A stretch of DNA of 64,000 bases from an uncultured Verrucomicrobiae bacterium. GTDB taxonomy: Bacteria > Verrucomicrobiota > Verrucomicrobiia > Limisphaerales > Palsa-1400. Both the position numbers and the translations under genes were made by a program. Below are positions 40,228 through 50,848 of the stretch, piece by piece. The notes under the pieces were generated by a model. It was not told where the DNA came from and made no database searches. It saw only the letters and a program-made list of their open reading frames with translations. The stretch spans positions 3,936,001 through 4,000,000 of the forward strand of contig OY969763.1 of assembly GCA_963702845.1 (NCBI GenBank), read 5' to 3'. The first letter of the stretch is position 1. Every line of letters begins with the position of its first letter.

Positions 40228-42639
40228 TTAGAGATCGGGCGTGGCGACCGGCTTGTTCGTCATGTAAGACGTACCGTTATTGTATTGGTAAGGCTGGCTC
40301 GACACCTTTTTCTTTTCCTGCTTTGCATCGCGCTCTTCACGGGCTTTGCGGATTTCGTCGTCGTTCTTCAACTGCTCTTCGATCTTGCGATAGCGTTCTT
40401 CTTCTTCGATGCGCAGGTCGCGTTCGCCTTGTTTGACGCCCGAGAGACGATTGCGTTCTTCGGTCGCAAACTTAGCTGCGATTTCAGGTGTGGGCAACAC
40501 GGTCGGGCGAATTAAGACGATGAGTTCGTCCTGGTCCGACGAGTCCTTGCTGCTGCGGAATAACACGCCGATACCGGGAATGTCTTTAAGGAACGGCACG
40601 CCGGAATTGCTCTTCGACTTCGTTGAGCGAATAAACCCGCCGAGAATGACTGTTTCGCGATCTTTGACCGCGACCTTCGCTTCGGCCTGGCGTTTGCTCG
40701 TGATGGGCACGTCGTTCTGGTCGATCTTGGTCGTGCCGCTGACTTCTTCGATGTTCTGCCGGATGTCCATGACGACGAGGCCGTCCGGATTAATCAACGG
40801 CAACACTTCGAGACTGATACCCACTTCTTTTTGGGTGTATTGCGAACTGCCGAGACCGCCGCTGTAACCACCATAATAACTACCGGTGATGTAAGGAATG
40901 GTTTGACCGTTGAAGAGTAGCGCGGGAACGGCGTGCGAGGTTTGAATGCGCGGACGGGATAGAATCGTGGCGCGACTATCGGATTCGATTGCTTCAACGG
41001 CGACGTCGAAGTTGTTGAACTTGCCGATCGCGCTGAGTCCACCGGGAAGAGCGGTGAGACCGGAAATGGGGATGCTGTTACTGCCCTGAGTAGTGGTCGC
41101 GGTACCGTTGAGGAACGACGATGCAGTCCCACTCAGATTGTTAACGCCGCCGGCAAAGTTGCCGTTCTTGGCGCTACCTGACGCTAGGTAACTCACACTG
41201 AGATTTCGATCCTTCGTCAACGCGACGTCCACGATGATGGCTTCAATGAGAACTTGAGCGAGGACAACGTCGAGCTTGCTGACGATCAACTTGATCATCT
41301 TCATGTCGTCGTCGTTCGCGAAAATCAGCAACGAATTAGTGCGTTCGTCGGCGATGATTTTGGTCTGGCCGAGAATTTGGAAGTCGCCGCCACCGGGACC
41401 GCCGCCAGGCCCCCCGGCCGCGTTCTTGATGATGCGGGCCAGATTGTTTTGGAAGCTAGAACGCGTGGTCGTGCCGGGCGATGCCAAAGAGCTCGTGCCT
41501 TGAACACCGGTATTGCCGTATCCAGGCTGGCCGGGAACATTTCCGCCTTGACCGTAGGCACCACCACTACCACTGCCGCCGATGCCGCTGCCACCACTGA
41601 TTCCCCGGCTCGCACCTAAACCACCGCCGGATTGATGGCTGCCCACTGAAACCGTGCCGCCGCCGCCGCCGCTCAAGCTGCTGAGCGCATTGGCCATGTC
41701 GCTGGCGAGCGCGTATTTGATCGGGATCACTTCGGGCTTCACTTCCATCGGAGAGCTCACGTCGATCTTCTCGACGATTTCCATCATGCGCTTCACGTTT
41801 TCAGCGTAGTCGCGCAAGACCAAGGTTTGCGTGCTCGGAATGAAAATAATGCTGTTCGGCGATTTGCTGAACGGAGTCAAAGCTTGCGCGATGTCCTGGC
41901 CGGCGTACTTGAGCTGAACAATCTGGGTGATGTATCGGCCCACATCAGGCAACTGCGCGGCAGAGGTGGTATTGAACGCTCCACCGACTGTTCCGGCGAC
42001 CGCATCAGGAACCACTTTCAGAAACTTTTCACCGACAGGCACAACGGTGACGCCATTCATGCCAAGCACGGCTTCCAACGCCATGATCGCTTCACGGCGT
42101 GTTAATTTATGGCCCGGACGAGTTTTCAAGGTGATGAGCGTGCCTGGAGCAACAAGCGCCGCGCCATTATTCGCACGCAAAATCGTGCGGTTTACCAGTT
42201 CCGCGTATTCGTCCAAAATTTGCTCAACCGGAGTGGCAATAAAGTTGTAATCGTAACTCGGGACATCGTCCGGATTTGCCAGGGCACCTGGCTGCATCGC
42301 CATTCCAGGCGCTGGCGCAGGCACACCAGCAGCGCCGGGAAGAACTGAAGTGCCACCAGGAGTGCCGGGGGCAGCAGTTTGCGGAAATCCAGCGGGCGGA
42401 ACGGAAGGAAATGAAGGGAATGCGGGTTTGGCTTTCGCGGCGATCGGCGTCACATTGCCGGAGGTCAAAGTTGTCGCCGTGTTTGTCCCCGACGAAACAT
42501 GCGGGCGGAAGGGTTTCGAAGGGCGATTTGGCAGGGCCACTGTGCTGGCCTGAGCCAGAAGCAGATCATCCGCGTTTGCCCGGAAGTCTGGCACAAGCGC
42601 CAGCAACAGGAGCGAACAATAAAACGATTTCGAACTCAT
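40228..42639 (-). CDS. gspD: Type II secretion system secretin GspD
   Basis: N domains (QLKYA, IPIKYALA, IIADERTNSLLI), QVLIEAIIV, ILSRPRI, GVPFLKDIPGIGVLFRS, ELIVLIRP. Confidence 0.92.
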   Translation of the reverse strand: MSSKSFYCSLLLLALVPDFRANADDLLLAQASTVALPNRPSKPFRPHVSSGTNTATTLTSGNVTPIAAKAKPAFPSFPSVPPAGFPQTAAPGTPGGTSVLPGAAGVPAPAPGMAMQPGALANPDDVPSYDYNFIATPVEQILDEYAELVNRTILRANNGAALVAPGTLITLKTRPGHKLTRREAIMALEAVLGMNGVTVVPVGEKFLKVVPDAVAGTVGGAFNTTSAAQLPDVGRYITQIVQLKYAGQDIAQALTPFSKSPNSIIFIPSTQTLVLRDYAENVKRMMEIVEKIDVSSPMEVKPEVIPIKYALASDMANALSSLSGGGGGTVSVGSHQSGGGLGASRGISGGSGIGGSGSGGAYGQGGNVPGQPGYGNTGVQGTSSLASPGTTTRSSFQNNLARIIKNAAGGPGGGPGGGDFQILGQTKIIADERTNSLLIFANDDDMKMIKLIVSKLDVVLAQVLIEAIIVDVALTKDRNLSVSYLASGSAKNGNFAGGVNNLSGTASSFLNGTATTTQGSNSIPISGLTALPGGLSAIGKFNNFDVAVEAIESDSRATILSRPRIQTSHAVPALLFNGQTIPYITGSYYGGYSGGLGSSQYTQKEVGISLEVLPLINPDGLVVMDIRQNIEEVSGTTKIDQNDVPITSKRQAEAKVAVKDRETVILGGFIRSTKSKSNSGVPFLKDIPGIGVLFRSSKDSSDQDELIVLIRPTVLPTPEIAAKFATEERNRLSGVKQGERDLRIEEEERYRKIEEQLKNDDEIRKAREERDAKQEKKKVSSQPYQYNNGTSYMTNKPVATPDL

Positions 42640-43322
42640 AATTTTCCAGGAGGCTTTTTCTGCCCGGACGAATTCATCGTCGGCTTGGGCACTGCTGTCG
42701 CAGGTGGTCGTGCGGGCGTCGTTGTGGCACGCGCGGGTTCAGGCTGCTTTTTTGGGAAATTGGCGCTGAGCAAAATGGTGCCGTTGAGCCGGAACCGGTT
42801 CTGGTCGGCAGGCTTCAAAGCAAGCTCGCGCACACGGATCATGGAACTGTCGTTCCCGATGTCATAAAGGAAATTCACAAGATTGCTCTCACCACATTGA
42901 ACACTGATGCGAAGCGAACGTTCCTCGAAAAATGCGTTCGTTTTGCCCATGTTGTAAGCCGTGGTCGGAGTATCGGTATATGACAGGACGGTGATGCCGT
43001 ATTGCGGCGCCTTTTCCTGGACCTTACGTTGCAACTGAATTTCGCGGGATCCCTCCAGATTGGCCCCGCTGCCCTGCTCTTTCATGAGCGCATCGATTTT
43101 AGCTTTGGTTCCACCCGATCGGATGTCCGTCTGGATTTTTTCGTAGTGATTGGTCCAGTCGAGGCGGCCTTTGTTGATCGCGGCCAAGGCGTTGCTTGCA
43201 TCCGCAAAATGCGGCCAGACAAACCATGCGTTTAACACGACGAACACGACCACCGCCACAACAATCACGACGCGGCGTTCATGCGGACGCAGATTCAACT
43301 TTTCAAGAAAGTTCTTCTTCAT
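42636..43322 (-). CDS. T2SS GspM/PilO-like inner membrane protein
   Basis: LNLRPHERR + TM, coiled coil, LVNFLYDI...IRVREL; lies between the GspL-like gene and gspD. Confidence 0.7.
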   Translation of the reverse strand: MKKNFLEKLNLRPHERRVVIVVAVVVFVVLNAWFVWPHFADASNALAAINKGRLDWTNHYEKIQTDIRSGGTKAKIDALMKEQGSGANLEGSREIQLQRKVQEKAPQYGITVLSYTDTPTTAYNMGKTNAFFEERSLRISVQCGESNLVNFLYDIGNDSSMIRVRELALKPADQNRFRLNGTILLSANFPKKQPEPARATTTPARPPATAVPKPTMNSSGQKKPPGKL

Positions 43323-44776
43323 CGGGTACCCTCGTATCCTTTCGTGAAACAGGAGAATCTCCATTCCGCCCTGTCGCCGCGAATTGTGACCGCTGGCGGG
43401 CCGACTTCATTGAATACTGGCGCGTTGTTCGATTTGGCGGCGCGCAAGGCGTCGTTGAATTCGGTGATAGCAAGCTGGGCGTCGGCAGGCGCCGAGCCGC
43501 GTAAATCTAATTTACCATGCTGAAACCCCATGTCGTCGAGCGTGATATCGGTCGGCATGTTCTGCGCAACGGCCTTCCAGCAATCAAGCGCGGCGTATTT
43601 GAGTTCCTGCCGATCCTGGAGAATGCGCAGTTGTTCGTCGTTCTTGAGCGCATTCGTATACGTAAGATTCATCGACTTGACGCTGTCGGTCACGGTTGAT
43701 GCCTTATAATTGAGCACCAGGACGACCGCGAAATAAACAACGACGGCAACGCCGTAGAGCACGAGCGCGCTGAACAATGCACGCATCCATAAGCCGTCGA
43801 TAAACTGCTGGCGATAACGGTGCCCGTAATCCTCCGGTAATAAATTCGTGGTCGATCCATCGTGCGCGGCGGATTCCGCAGTTTTACCAGCGGCATCAGC
43901 GGGCTTGAGCGCCGGGGTAATCTGAATGGAGGCGAGAGCCGATCCGGCAATCCCATTGGGATTGGTTAATTCGGATTCGGCGGTGCGTCGCAAGACGGGT
44001 TCCCAGACCTGAACCTGCTCCGGCGTGGCGACGAGATGAATAGAGGGGGGTTCGGTCAGCCAACCTTCCAGTTCGCCTGCCCACGCCATTTGTTCGATCT
44101 GGCTTTTAAGCAATTCGCCACTGTCCTCTCCGGGTGGAATGGAAACGATCGTGAGGTTATGCAACGTTCCGTTGGCCCACCATGCAATCAACACCGGTTC
44201 ACCGGGCCCATTTGGATAAAACCAAACGCCGTTGCTAGCTTCCTTCGTTGCGAGCAACTGCTCGAGTCCGAGAACTTCCAAGCGGTCGGCGAGGAAACCT
44301 TGATTCTCGAGTTCACCCAAAAATTCTTCGACATAACTGCGCGCCGCAATGATAACAATGACCGTTTGCAGCGGCATCGAGGTGGTTGCCGCAGGTTCGC
44401 CCTCGGCAGTAGCCACGGGCGTGGGCGCTTTTGTCGCGTTTGGCAGCACTTGAATGCTCCAAACGATTTGCGTCACCGGAAGTGGTGAAAGTTTTTCAAT
44501 TTGCAGTTCGACCATCGAACGGATTTCGTTGAGGTCACTGCTCGGCAGTTGAATAGCGCGTAAGAAAACTTTATCGGCGGGCAACCACGCGACATTGAGT
44601 TTGCTGCGCAGGAGCGTACGCCAGTCTTTAGCGACGAGATCAGCGGGGAGCGGCTCGTTAACGCCGAGCTTCTGTTCTTCAGCGAACGCGAAACCAGTGC
44701 CGTTGGCGTTGAACCGCCAAAGCTGCCGGCCACCGGGCGTTGTGTGAAGAACGTTTGCGGATTGCCAGCGAGCCAT
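43319..44776 (-). CDS. T2SS GspL / PilM-PilN-like assembly platform protein
   Basis: Cytoplasmic domain, NLLP motif preceding a single TM, PilN-like periplasmic part; follows gspE. Confidence 0.65.
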   Translation of the reverse strand: MARWQSANVLHTTPGGRQLWRFNANGTGFAFAEEQKLGVNEPLPADLVAKDWRTLLRSKLNVAWLPADKVFLRAIQLPSSDLNEIRSMVELQIEKLSPLPVTQIVWSIQVLPNATKAPTPVATAEGEPAATTSMPLQTVIVIIAARSYVEEFLGELENQGFLADRLEVLGLEQLLATKEASNGVWFYPNGPGEPVLIAWWANGTLHNLTIVSIPPGEDSGELLKSQIEQMAWAGELEGWLTEPPSIHLVATPEQVQVWEPVLRRTAESELTNPNGIAGSALASIQITPALKPADAAGKTAESAAHDGSTTNLLPEDYGHRYRQQFIDGLWMRALFSALVLYGVAVVVYFAVVLVLNYKASTVTDSVKSMNLTYTNALKNDEQLRILQDRQELKYAALDCWKAVAQNMPTDITLDDMGFQHGKLDLRGSAPADAQLAITEFNDALRAAKSNNAPVFNEVGPPAVTIRGDRAEWRFSCFTKGYEGTR

Positions 44777-46541
44777 TAGGCGGTCGCTCCTTTCACCCAC
44801 ACGTCCGCTTTGTCGTCCATGAGTGATTTCAGGTGTTCTTCCGTTTGGGTGACGCGGAGCACTTCTTCAATCGTGGTCTGGCCCGCCGTAACTTTCTTCC
44901 AACCATCTGTGCGCAAGGTGCGCATGCCGTGTTCCATGGCGCGTGCGGCGATGGTCGTCGACGCGGCGCGGCTGAGAATGAGCGGGCGAATGCCTTCGTC
45001 CATGAAGAGCAATTCGTAAATACCCATGTCGGCCTTGATAGCCAAGCTGGCGGCATTCCTCGCAACCGGCGCCCTTGTAAAATTTGCTGGTCTCGATTTC
45101 GTTCCTCGGGAAAACCGATGCGACGCAGGTAATCGCGCTCCACCTTTTGTTCGGTCTTGCAGTGTTTGCAAATGGTGCGGACGAGACGTTGCGCGAGCAC
45201 CGCTTCGACGGAGGAGGCGACGAGGAACGGCTCGATGCCCATGTCGATCAAACGGGTAAATGCGCTCGGCGCGTCATTGGTGTGCAGCGTGCTGAAGACC
45301 AAGTGACCGGTGAGCGCCGCGCGAATGGCGATTTCGGCGGTTTCAAGGTCGCGAATTTCGCCGACCATGATCACGTTGGGGTCCTGGCGCAAAATGTGGC
45401 GCAAACCCATCGCGAATGTCAGTCCGATATCGGAGCGCACGGCGATCTGGTTGATGCCTTTGAGTTCGTATTCGACCGGTTCTTCAATCGTGATGATACG
45501 TTTGGTGACCGAATTGATCGTGCTGAGAAACGCGTAAAGCGACGTTGATTTGCCGGAACCGGTCGGGCCGGTGACGAGGAAGATGCCGTGCGGTTTAACG
45601 ATGATTTCGCGAATGCGCGATTCTTCTTCCGGCTGCGAAAACCCAGTTTTTCGAGACCAAGGAAAATTTTACCGCGCGTCAGCAAACGCAACGAGACACT
45701 TTCGCCGTAAACGGTCGGAACGGTGGAAACGCGGATGTCGATTTCTTCGCCCTTGATACGGACATTGATACGACCGTCCTGCGGCAGCCGCTTTTCGGCG
45801 ATGTTCATGCCCGACATGACTTTGATACGGGAGATCAGCGACGCCTGGAACCGCTTCAACTGCGCGGGCATCGGGGTCTGGTGCAGAATGCCGTCGATGC
45901 GGTAACGGATGCGCAATTCGTCTTCGGCAGGTTCAAAGTGAATGTCCGTCGCGCGGTCTTTGAAGGCTTCCCAGATGATCTGGTTGACGAATTTGATGAC
46001 GCTGGCTTCCTGGTCGCCTTCGGTAATTTCCTTGTTCGTCGACAAGCAATTCCAGCGGCTCGTCGTCGTTGGACATTTCGTCAAGGGTTTCGGCGCCGAC
46101 GCCGTAATATTTTTTCAGCGCCTTCTCGATTTCGGCCTTGGGCGTCAAGCGCGAAATCGCACGGGCGTGCGAGCGTCGAATTGGACAGCACTGAGCATGG
46201 CCGCATCAAACGGATTGCTGACGGCGACATGAAGCTGGCCGTTTTCGAACTTGATCGGCAGAACGGTGAATTGGAATGCGACCTTGGTTGAGATGCGATC
46301 TGCGCGCGTCCTGCGAAACGTCGGTCTTGGGCAGGTCGATAAACGACCAGTTCAGGGCCTTGGCCAGTTCCTGCAAAAAAACGTCTTCGGCCACGCCGCG
46401 TTCCCGCGCAATAAAGGCCAGCAGCGAGTCTTGCGAACCGCTGTCGGCAGCCTTGCGCCACGCCTTGCTCCAATCCTCAAACTGCTGAGGAGTCGCCAAA
46501 GAATGACGGGCTAATAAACTTTTGATTGATGCGAATGCCAT
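44776..46541 (-). CDS. gspE: T2SS/T4P assembly ATPase GspE/PilB (multiple frameshifts)
   Basis: [34 protein letters not shown] (read at about 45575-45546), [29 protein letters not shown]. Confidence 0.92.
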
Positions 46542-46565
46542 CTGACTTACCTACTTAAACAACAG

Positions 46566-46593
46566 AGAATAGTTAAAGTTGCGCGTTGGTCAA
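46566..46593 (-). promoter_or_regulatory. Candidate sigma70 promoter for gspE (TTGACC-N16-TATTCT)
   Basis: Minus-strand hexamers about 25 bp upstream of the ATG in an AT-rich spacer. Confidence 0.35.
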
Positions 46594-46671
46594 CGGATTA
46601 ACCCGAGAAAACCTTAATTAATTAGAGGGAATTCCGGCCTGCAAAGATACACGAAACCTGAGTTTGCGCTA

Positions 46672-48271
46672 CTACATCTTCTTCAAAATCGTATCGCGTT
46701 TTCCCCAGGCCGGATCTGTTTTTAGATAGTCCAAATTGTAATGTAAACCGCGGCTTTCAGGCCGCGTCAAAGCGGAGGCGACAATCAATTCGGCGACGGT
46801 GGCGATGTTGCGCAGTTCGAGGAGGTCGTTGCTGACTGTGAAATCCCAATAGTATTGCTGGATTTCTTCCTGGAGGTTGGCGATCGCGTTCGCGCGCGCG
46901 TTGCAGACGTTTGTTCGTGCGCACGATGCCGACGTAGTCCCACATCAAGCGCCGGATTTCATCCCAGTTATGGGAAATGACGACGAGCTCATCGGGATTG
47001 GTGGCGTGGCCGGATTGCCAGGCAGGGATTTGGACGTCGACTTTTGGTTCGGGTTTGCGTGCGAGGCACGTTCGGCTGCGCGATGCCGCAAACGAGAGCT
47101 TCCAACAGAGAATTGCTGGCGAGACGATTGGCCCCGTGCAGCCCAGTGCAGGACACTTCGCCCACGGCATACAGGCCGGCGATATCGGTTTGGCCGTTCA
47201 CATCGGTCATGACGCCGCCGCATTGATAATGCGCGGCGGGAACCACGGGGATCGGTTCTTTGGTGATGTCGATGCCGTATTGCAGGCAGGTCGAATAGAT
47301 GTTCGGAAACCGCTCGCGGAGGAACTCGGCGGGCTTGAACGAAATATCCAGGAACACACAGTCCGCGCCGCTCTTCTTCATCTCGTTGTCGATTGCGCGC
47401 GCGACGATGTCGCGGGGCGCGAGCGATTTGAGCGGATGGTATTTGTCCATGAACTCCACGCCATCGCCATTCTTCAAAATGCCGCCCTCGCCACGGACGG
47501 CTTCGCTGATCAGGAACGATTTGGCTTTCGGGTGATAAAGGCACGTGGGATGGAACTGGATGAATTCCATGTTGGCGATGCGCGCTCCGGCTCGATAGGC
47601 CATGGCCACGCCGTCGCCGGTGGCGATATCCGGGTTGGTCGTGTAGAGATAAACTTTTCCGCAACCGCCCGTGGCCAGCAGGACCGTACTGGGCCGCGAA
47701 CGTTTCCACCTCGCCGGTTTTTGTCGCAGAGAACATAGGCGCCGACGCAACGGTTCTGCGCGTCGTCCTTTTTCAGTTTGCTGCGTGGTGATGAGGTCGA
47801 TGGCAAAATGGTTCTCGAAAATCTCGATGTTCGGGTTGCTGCGCAATGGCGGCGAGCAACGCGCGCTCGATCTCCCGCCCGGTGACGTCTTTGGCGTGCA
47901 GAATACGGCGCTTTGGAATGGCCACCTTCGCGCCCGAGATCCAACTCCTTCCGCCATTGCCCTTCCCGCTCGGAAAATTTCATTCCCAAGTCGATGAGTT
48001 CGGCGATGCGCGCCGGGCCTTCCTCGACGATCGTCCGAACAACATCCTCGTGGCAGAGACCGGCGCCGGATTCGAGCGTGTCGCGCACGTGCATCTCGAA
48101 CGAATCTTCTTTGCTCGTGACTGCGGCGATGCCGCCTTGGGCGTAGTTGGTGTTCGATTCGGCGCGCGATTTCTTGGTGACGATGGCCACGCGACCGAGC
48201 GGCGCGACTTTCAATGCGAACGAAAGTCCCGCGATGCCGCTGCCAAGAACCAAAAAATCAAATTGTTTCAT
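46672..48271 (-). CDS. nadB: L-aspartate oxidase (multiple frameshifts)
   Basis: [83 protein letters not shown]. Confidence 0.94.
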
Positions 48272-49134
48272 CTACAAAGTCGCATTGTCGATCAGCCGCG
48301 TTTTCCCAAAAAAGACTGCCAGGGCCATTTGCGTGCCGCGTCTCACGATCGTGACCGGCTCGAGCGTTTTCGCGTCGAAAAACTCAATGTAATCCAGTTT
48401 CGCTTTCGGCCGCGTGCGAATGTGGGCGGCAATTTGCGGCTTAAGCTGTTGCGCCGACACCGGCCTGTTTTTCACGGTCGCGCTGGCCTCGTCCAAAGCC
48501 TCGTGCAAGACGGTCGGCCTGGGCGCGCTGGTCTGCGGTCAAAAATTTATTCCGCGAACTCATCGCCAAACCATCGCCTCACGTAAGGTTGCCCCGAGCA
48601 ACATGACTTCACCGGAAAATTCAAATCGCGCACCATTCGTTGAACCATCGCCGCCTGCTGAAAATCTTTCGCACCAAACACGCGAAATTCGGAGCTGAAC
48701 AATGTTAAATAATTTGGCCACAACGGTGCAGACGCCTCGAAAATGCGATGGCCGCGAAATCGCCTTCCATCGATTTCGAAAGGGTTTCTTCCACTGACAA
48801 ACGTGCTGAAGTCTTCCGGATACATCTGTTTATCGCTCGGGATAAAAACAACATCGACGCCAGCGTCCTTGCAGAGCTGTTTATCGCGTCGCAAATCGCG
48901 CGGATACTTTTTCAGATCTTCGTTCGGCGCGAATTGGGTCGGATTAACGAAGATGCTGACCACGACTTTACTCTTTGCGCCGACCGCTTTGCGCGCGCGT
49001 TGGACAAGACTGAGATGTCCCTCGTGCAAATAGCCCATCGTCGGAACAAACGCGACGCACATGCCGGAATTTTTCCAGGCGCGCGATTGCTGCTGCATTG
49101 CGGAAATAGTGCTAACGACTCGCACTCCTTGCAA
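48272..49134 (-). CDS. panC: Pantoate-beta-alanine ligase (frameshifted)
   Basis: FVPTMGYLHEGHLSL, SIFVNPTQF, FGAKDFQQ, C-terminal TRLIDN. Confidence 0.93.
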
Positions 49135-49261
49135 ATTAGGAACAACCGCGGCAGTGGCAAGAGGATTTGAACGGGTATCAAGTCGCGCGCAAAACGATGT
49201 AAAAACGGGGGTAAAATCGCACCGTGAAATAGCGCGAAGTTTTTGCAGGGCTGTGGGTTGA

Positions 49262-50610
49262 GCGGGCAGGTTCAGAACATAGGTAACACAGATGGTTTAG
49301 AATATGGGTAACATTTTATAGGTAGAGACAGCGTTGAGAGACGTTGTCGATGCCGTGGAAAGAGACCGAGAAGATGGATCAACGAATCGAGTTGGCGATC
49401 AAGTCGATGAACTGTGTGAACTTTCGTGAGCTGTGTGGCGAGTATGGGATCAGCACCAAGACCGGATACAAGTGGCGGGAACGCTTTATAGCGCGCGGGC
49501 TGGACGGCATGAGTGATTTGAGTCGCCGTCCGCACGCTCACGCCGATCAGCTCACCGAGCAGGTGGTCTGTGAGATCGTGCGTTTAAAGACGGCCCATCC
49601 GCATTGGGGGCCGCGCAAGGTTGCCGCATTGTATCAACGCAAGCATGGAGGAGAAGCTCCCAGCGAAAGCAGTTTCAAACGAGTTTTTGAACGTGCCGGG
49701 TTGACGGTGCCGCGGCGACTGCGGCGCAGCAGTGAAGCGGGTCGATTGACCAGCGGCATCAAGGCAGAGAAGCCCAACGATATCTGGACAGTGGACTTCA
49801 AAGGCTGGTGGAAGGACCGCGACGGGTTACGTGTTGAGCCATTGACGGTAAGAGACGAATACAGTCGCATGCTATTGGATATGCGGATACTGGGCGACAG
49901 CCGGACCGAATCGGTGCAGGCATGCTTCGAGGGGCTCTTTGAACGTTACGGCTTGCCGGCAGCGATCCGAAGCGATAATGGCAGTCCCTTTGCCAGCGCT
50001 CGATCGCTGTTGGGTTTGAGCAGGCTCTCGGTGTGGTGGTTGGCCTTGGGCATTGATTTAGAGCGTAGTCGTCCTGGTTGTCCGCAGGACAATGGGGGTC
50101 ATGAGCGGATGCATCGAGACGTGCGTCAAGAGTTGCAAGCCGGTCGCGTAGGGCGCGATCAAGCGGCCTTTGATGTGTGGCGCGATGAATATAATCAGGA
50201 GCGGCCACACGAGGCCTTGGAGATGAAAATGCCGGCGGAAGTCTATTGTCGCTCGGACCGGCGATTTGAAGGCACACCGGATAACATCGAATATGAGGGC
50301 GCTGACCGACGAAAAATCAGTAAGCCGGGCGGTAGCATTCGATACGGGGGTGAAGAGATATTTATCACGACTGCATTGAATGGGTGGTCGGTGGGCCTGA
50401 GACCGCGAACCGATGGGCTGATAGAGATATGGTTCAGCAAACTTTTGCTGGGTCATTTAGATCCGGGCACGTTCGCCTTTGAGCCTGCCCGTACGGGCAG
50501 GCTCAAAGGCGAGGAACCAAAACAGAAAGAAGTGTAACCCTAAACAACAAATGTGTTACCTATGTATTGAACCAAAAGTGTTACCGATGTTTGCCTCTCG
50601 GTGTTTTGCA
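49262..50610 (+). mobile_element. IS481-family insertion sequence (ends approximate)
   Basis: Transposase flanked by paired inverted 12-bp motifs spaced 25 bp: left ACATAGGTAACA (49277) and ATATGGGTAACA (49302); right TGTTACCTATGT (50554) and TGTTACCGATGT (50579). Confidence 0.82.
49350..50537 (+). CDS. IS481-family DDE transposase
   Basis: MPWKE start, HTH (GISTKTGYKWRERF), WTVDFKG, IRSDNGSPF, PQDNGGHERMH, YNQERPHEAL. Confidence 0.93.
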   Translation: MPWKETEKMDQRIELAIKSMNCVNFRELCGEYGISTKTGYKWRERFIARGLDGMSDLSRRPHAHADQLTEQVVCEIVRLKTAHPHWGPRKVAALYQRKHGGEAPSESSFKRVFERAGLTVPRRLRRSSEAGRLTSGIKAEKPNDIWTVDFKGWWKDRDGLRVEPLTVRDEYSRMLLDMRILGDSRTESVQACFEGLFERYGLPAAIRSDNGSPFASARSLLGLSRLSVWWLALGIDLERSRPGCPQDNGGHERMHRDVRQELQAGRVGRDQAAFDVWRDEYNQERPHEALEMKMPAEVYCRSDRRFEGTPDNIEYEGADRRKISKPGGSIRYGGEEIFITTALNGWSVGLRPRTDGLIEIWFSKLLLGHLDPGTFAFEPARTGRLKGEEPKQKEV

Positions 50611-50848
50611 TAGGGTGCTGCAATCTCAAATTTCATATTTCAAATTTCGACCTGAACACCCTAAGGCGGCAGGCAACTGGATTATATAGTGAAGTCACTG
50701 CTTGTCAATCAGTGTAGATTTTGGTGGCCTGAATTTAACGCAAAGGCGCAAAGGTGCAGAGAACGCAAAGAGCCGTGTTTTCACTTTGTGCGGAATCGCG
50801 CCTGCCGTTTGCCGTGGACAAAAAGTGGGTAGGTCAAACACACTGACC

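Noticed and set aside
41490..41670. Gly/Ser-rich repeat-like DNA in gspD
   Set aside because: Low-complexity loop insertions are common in secretin N3 domains.
46206..46541. c-di-GMP-binding MshEN motif in GspE
   Set aside because: The RLGxxL...G signature is not present.
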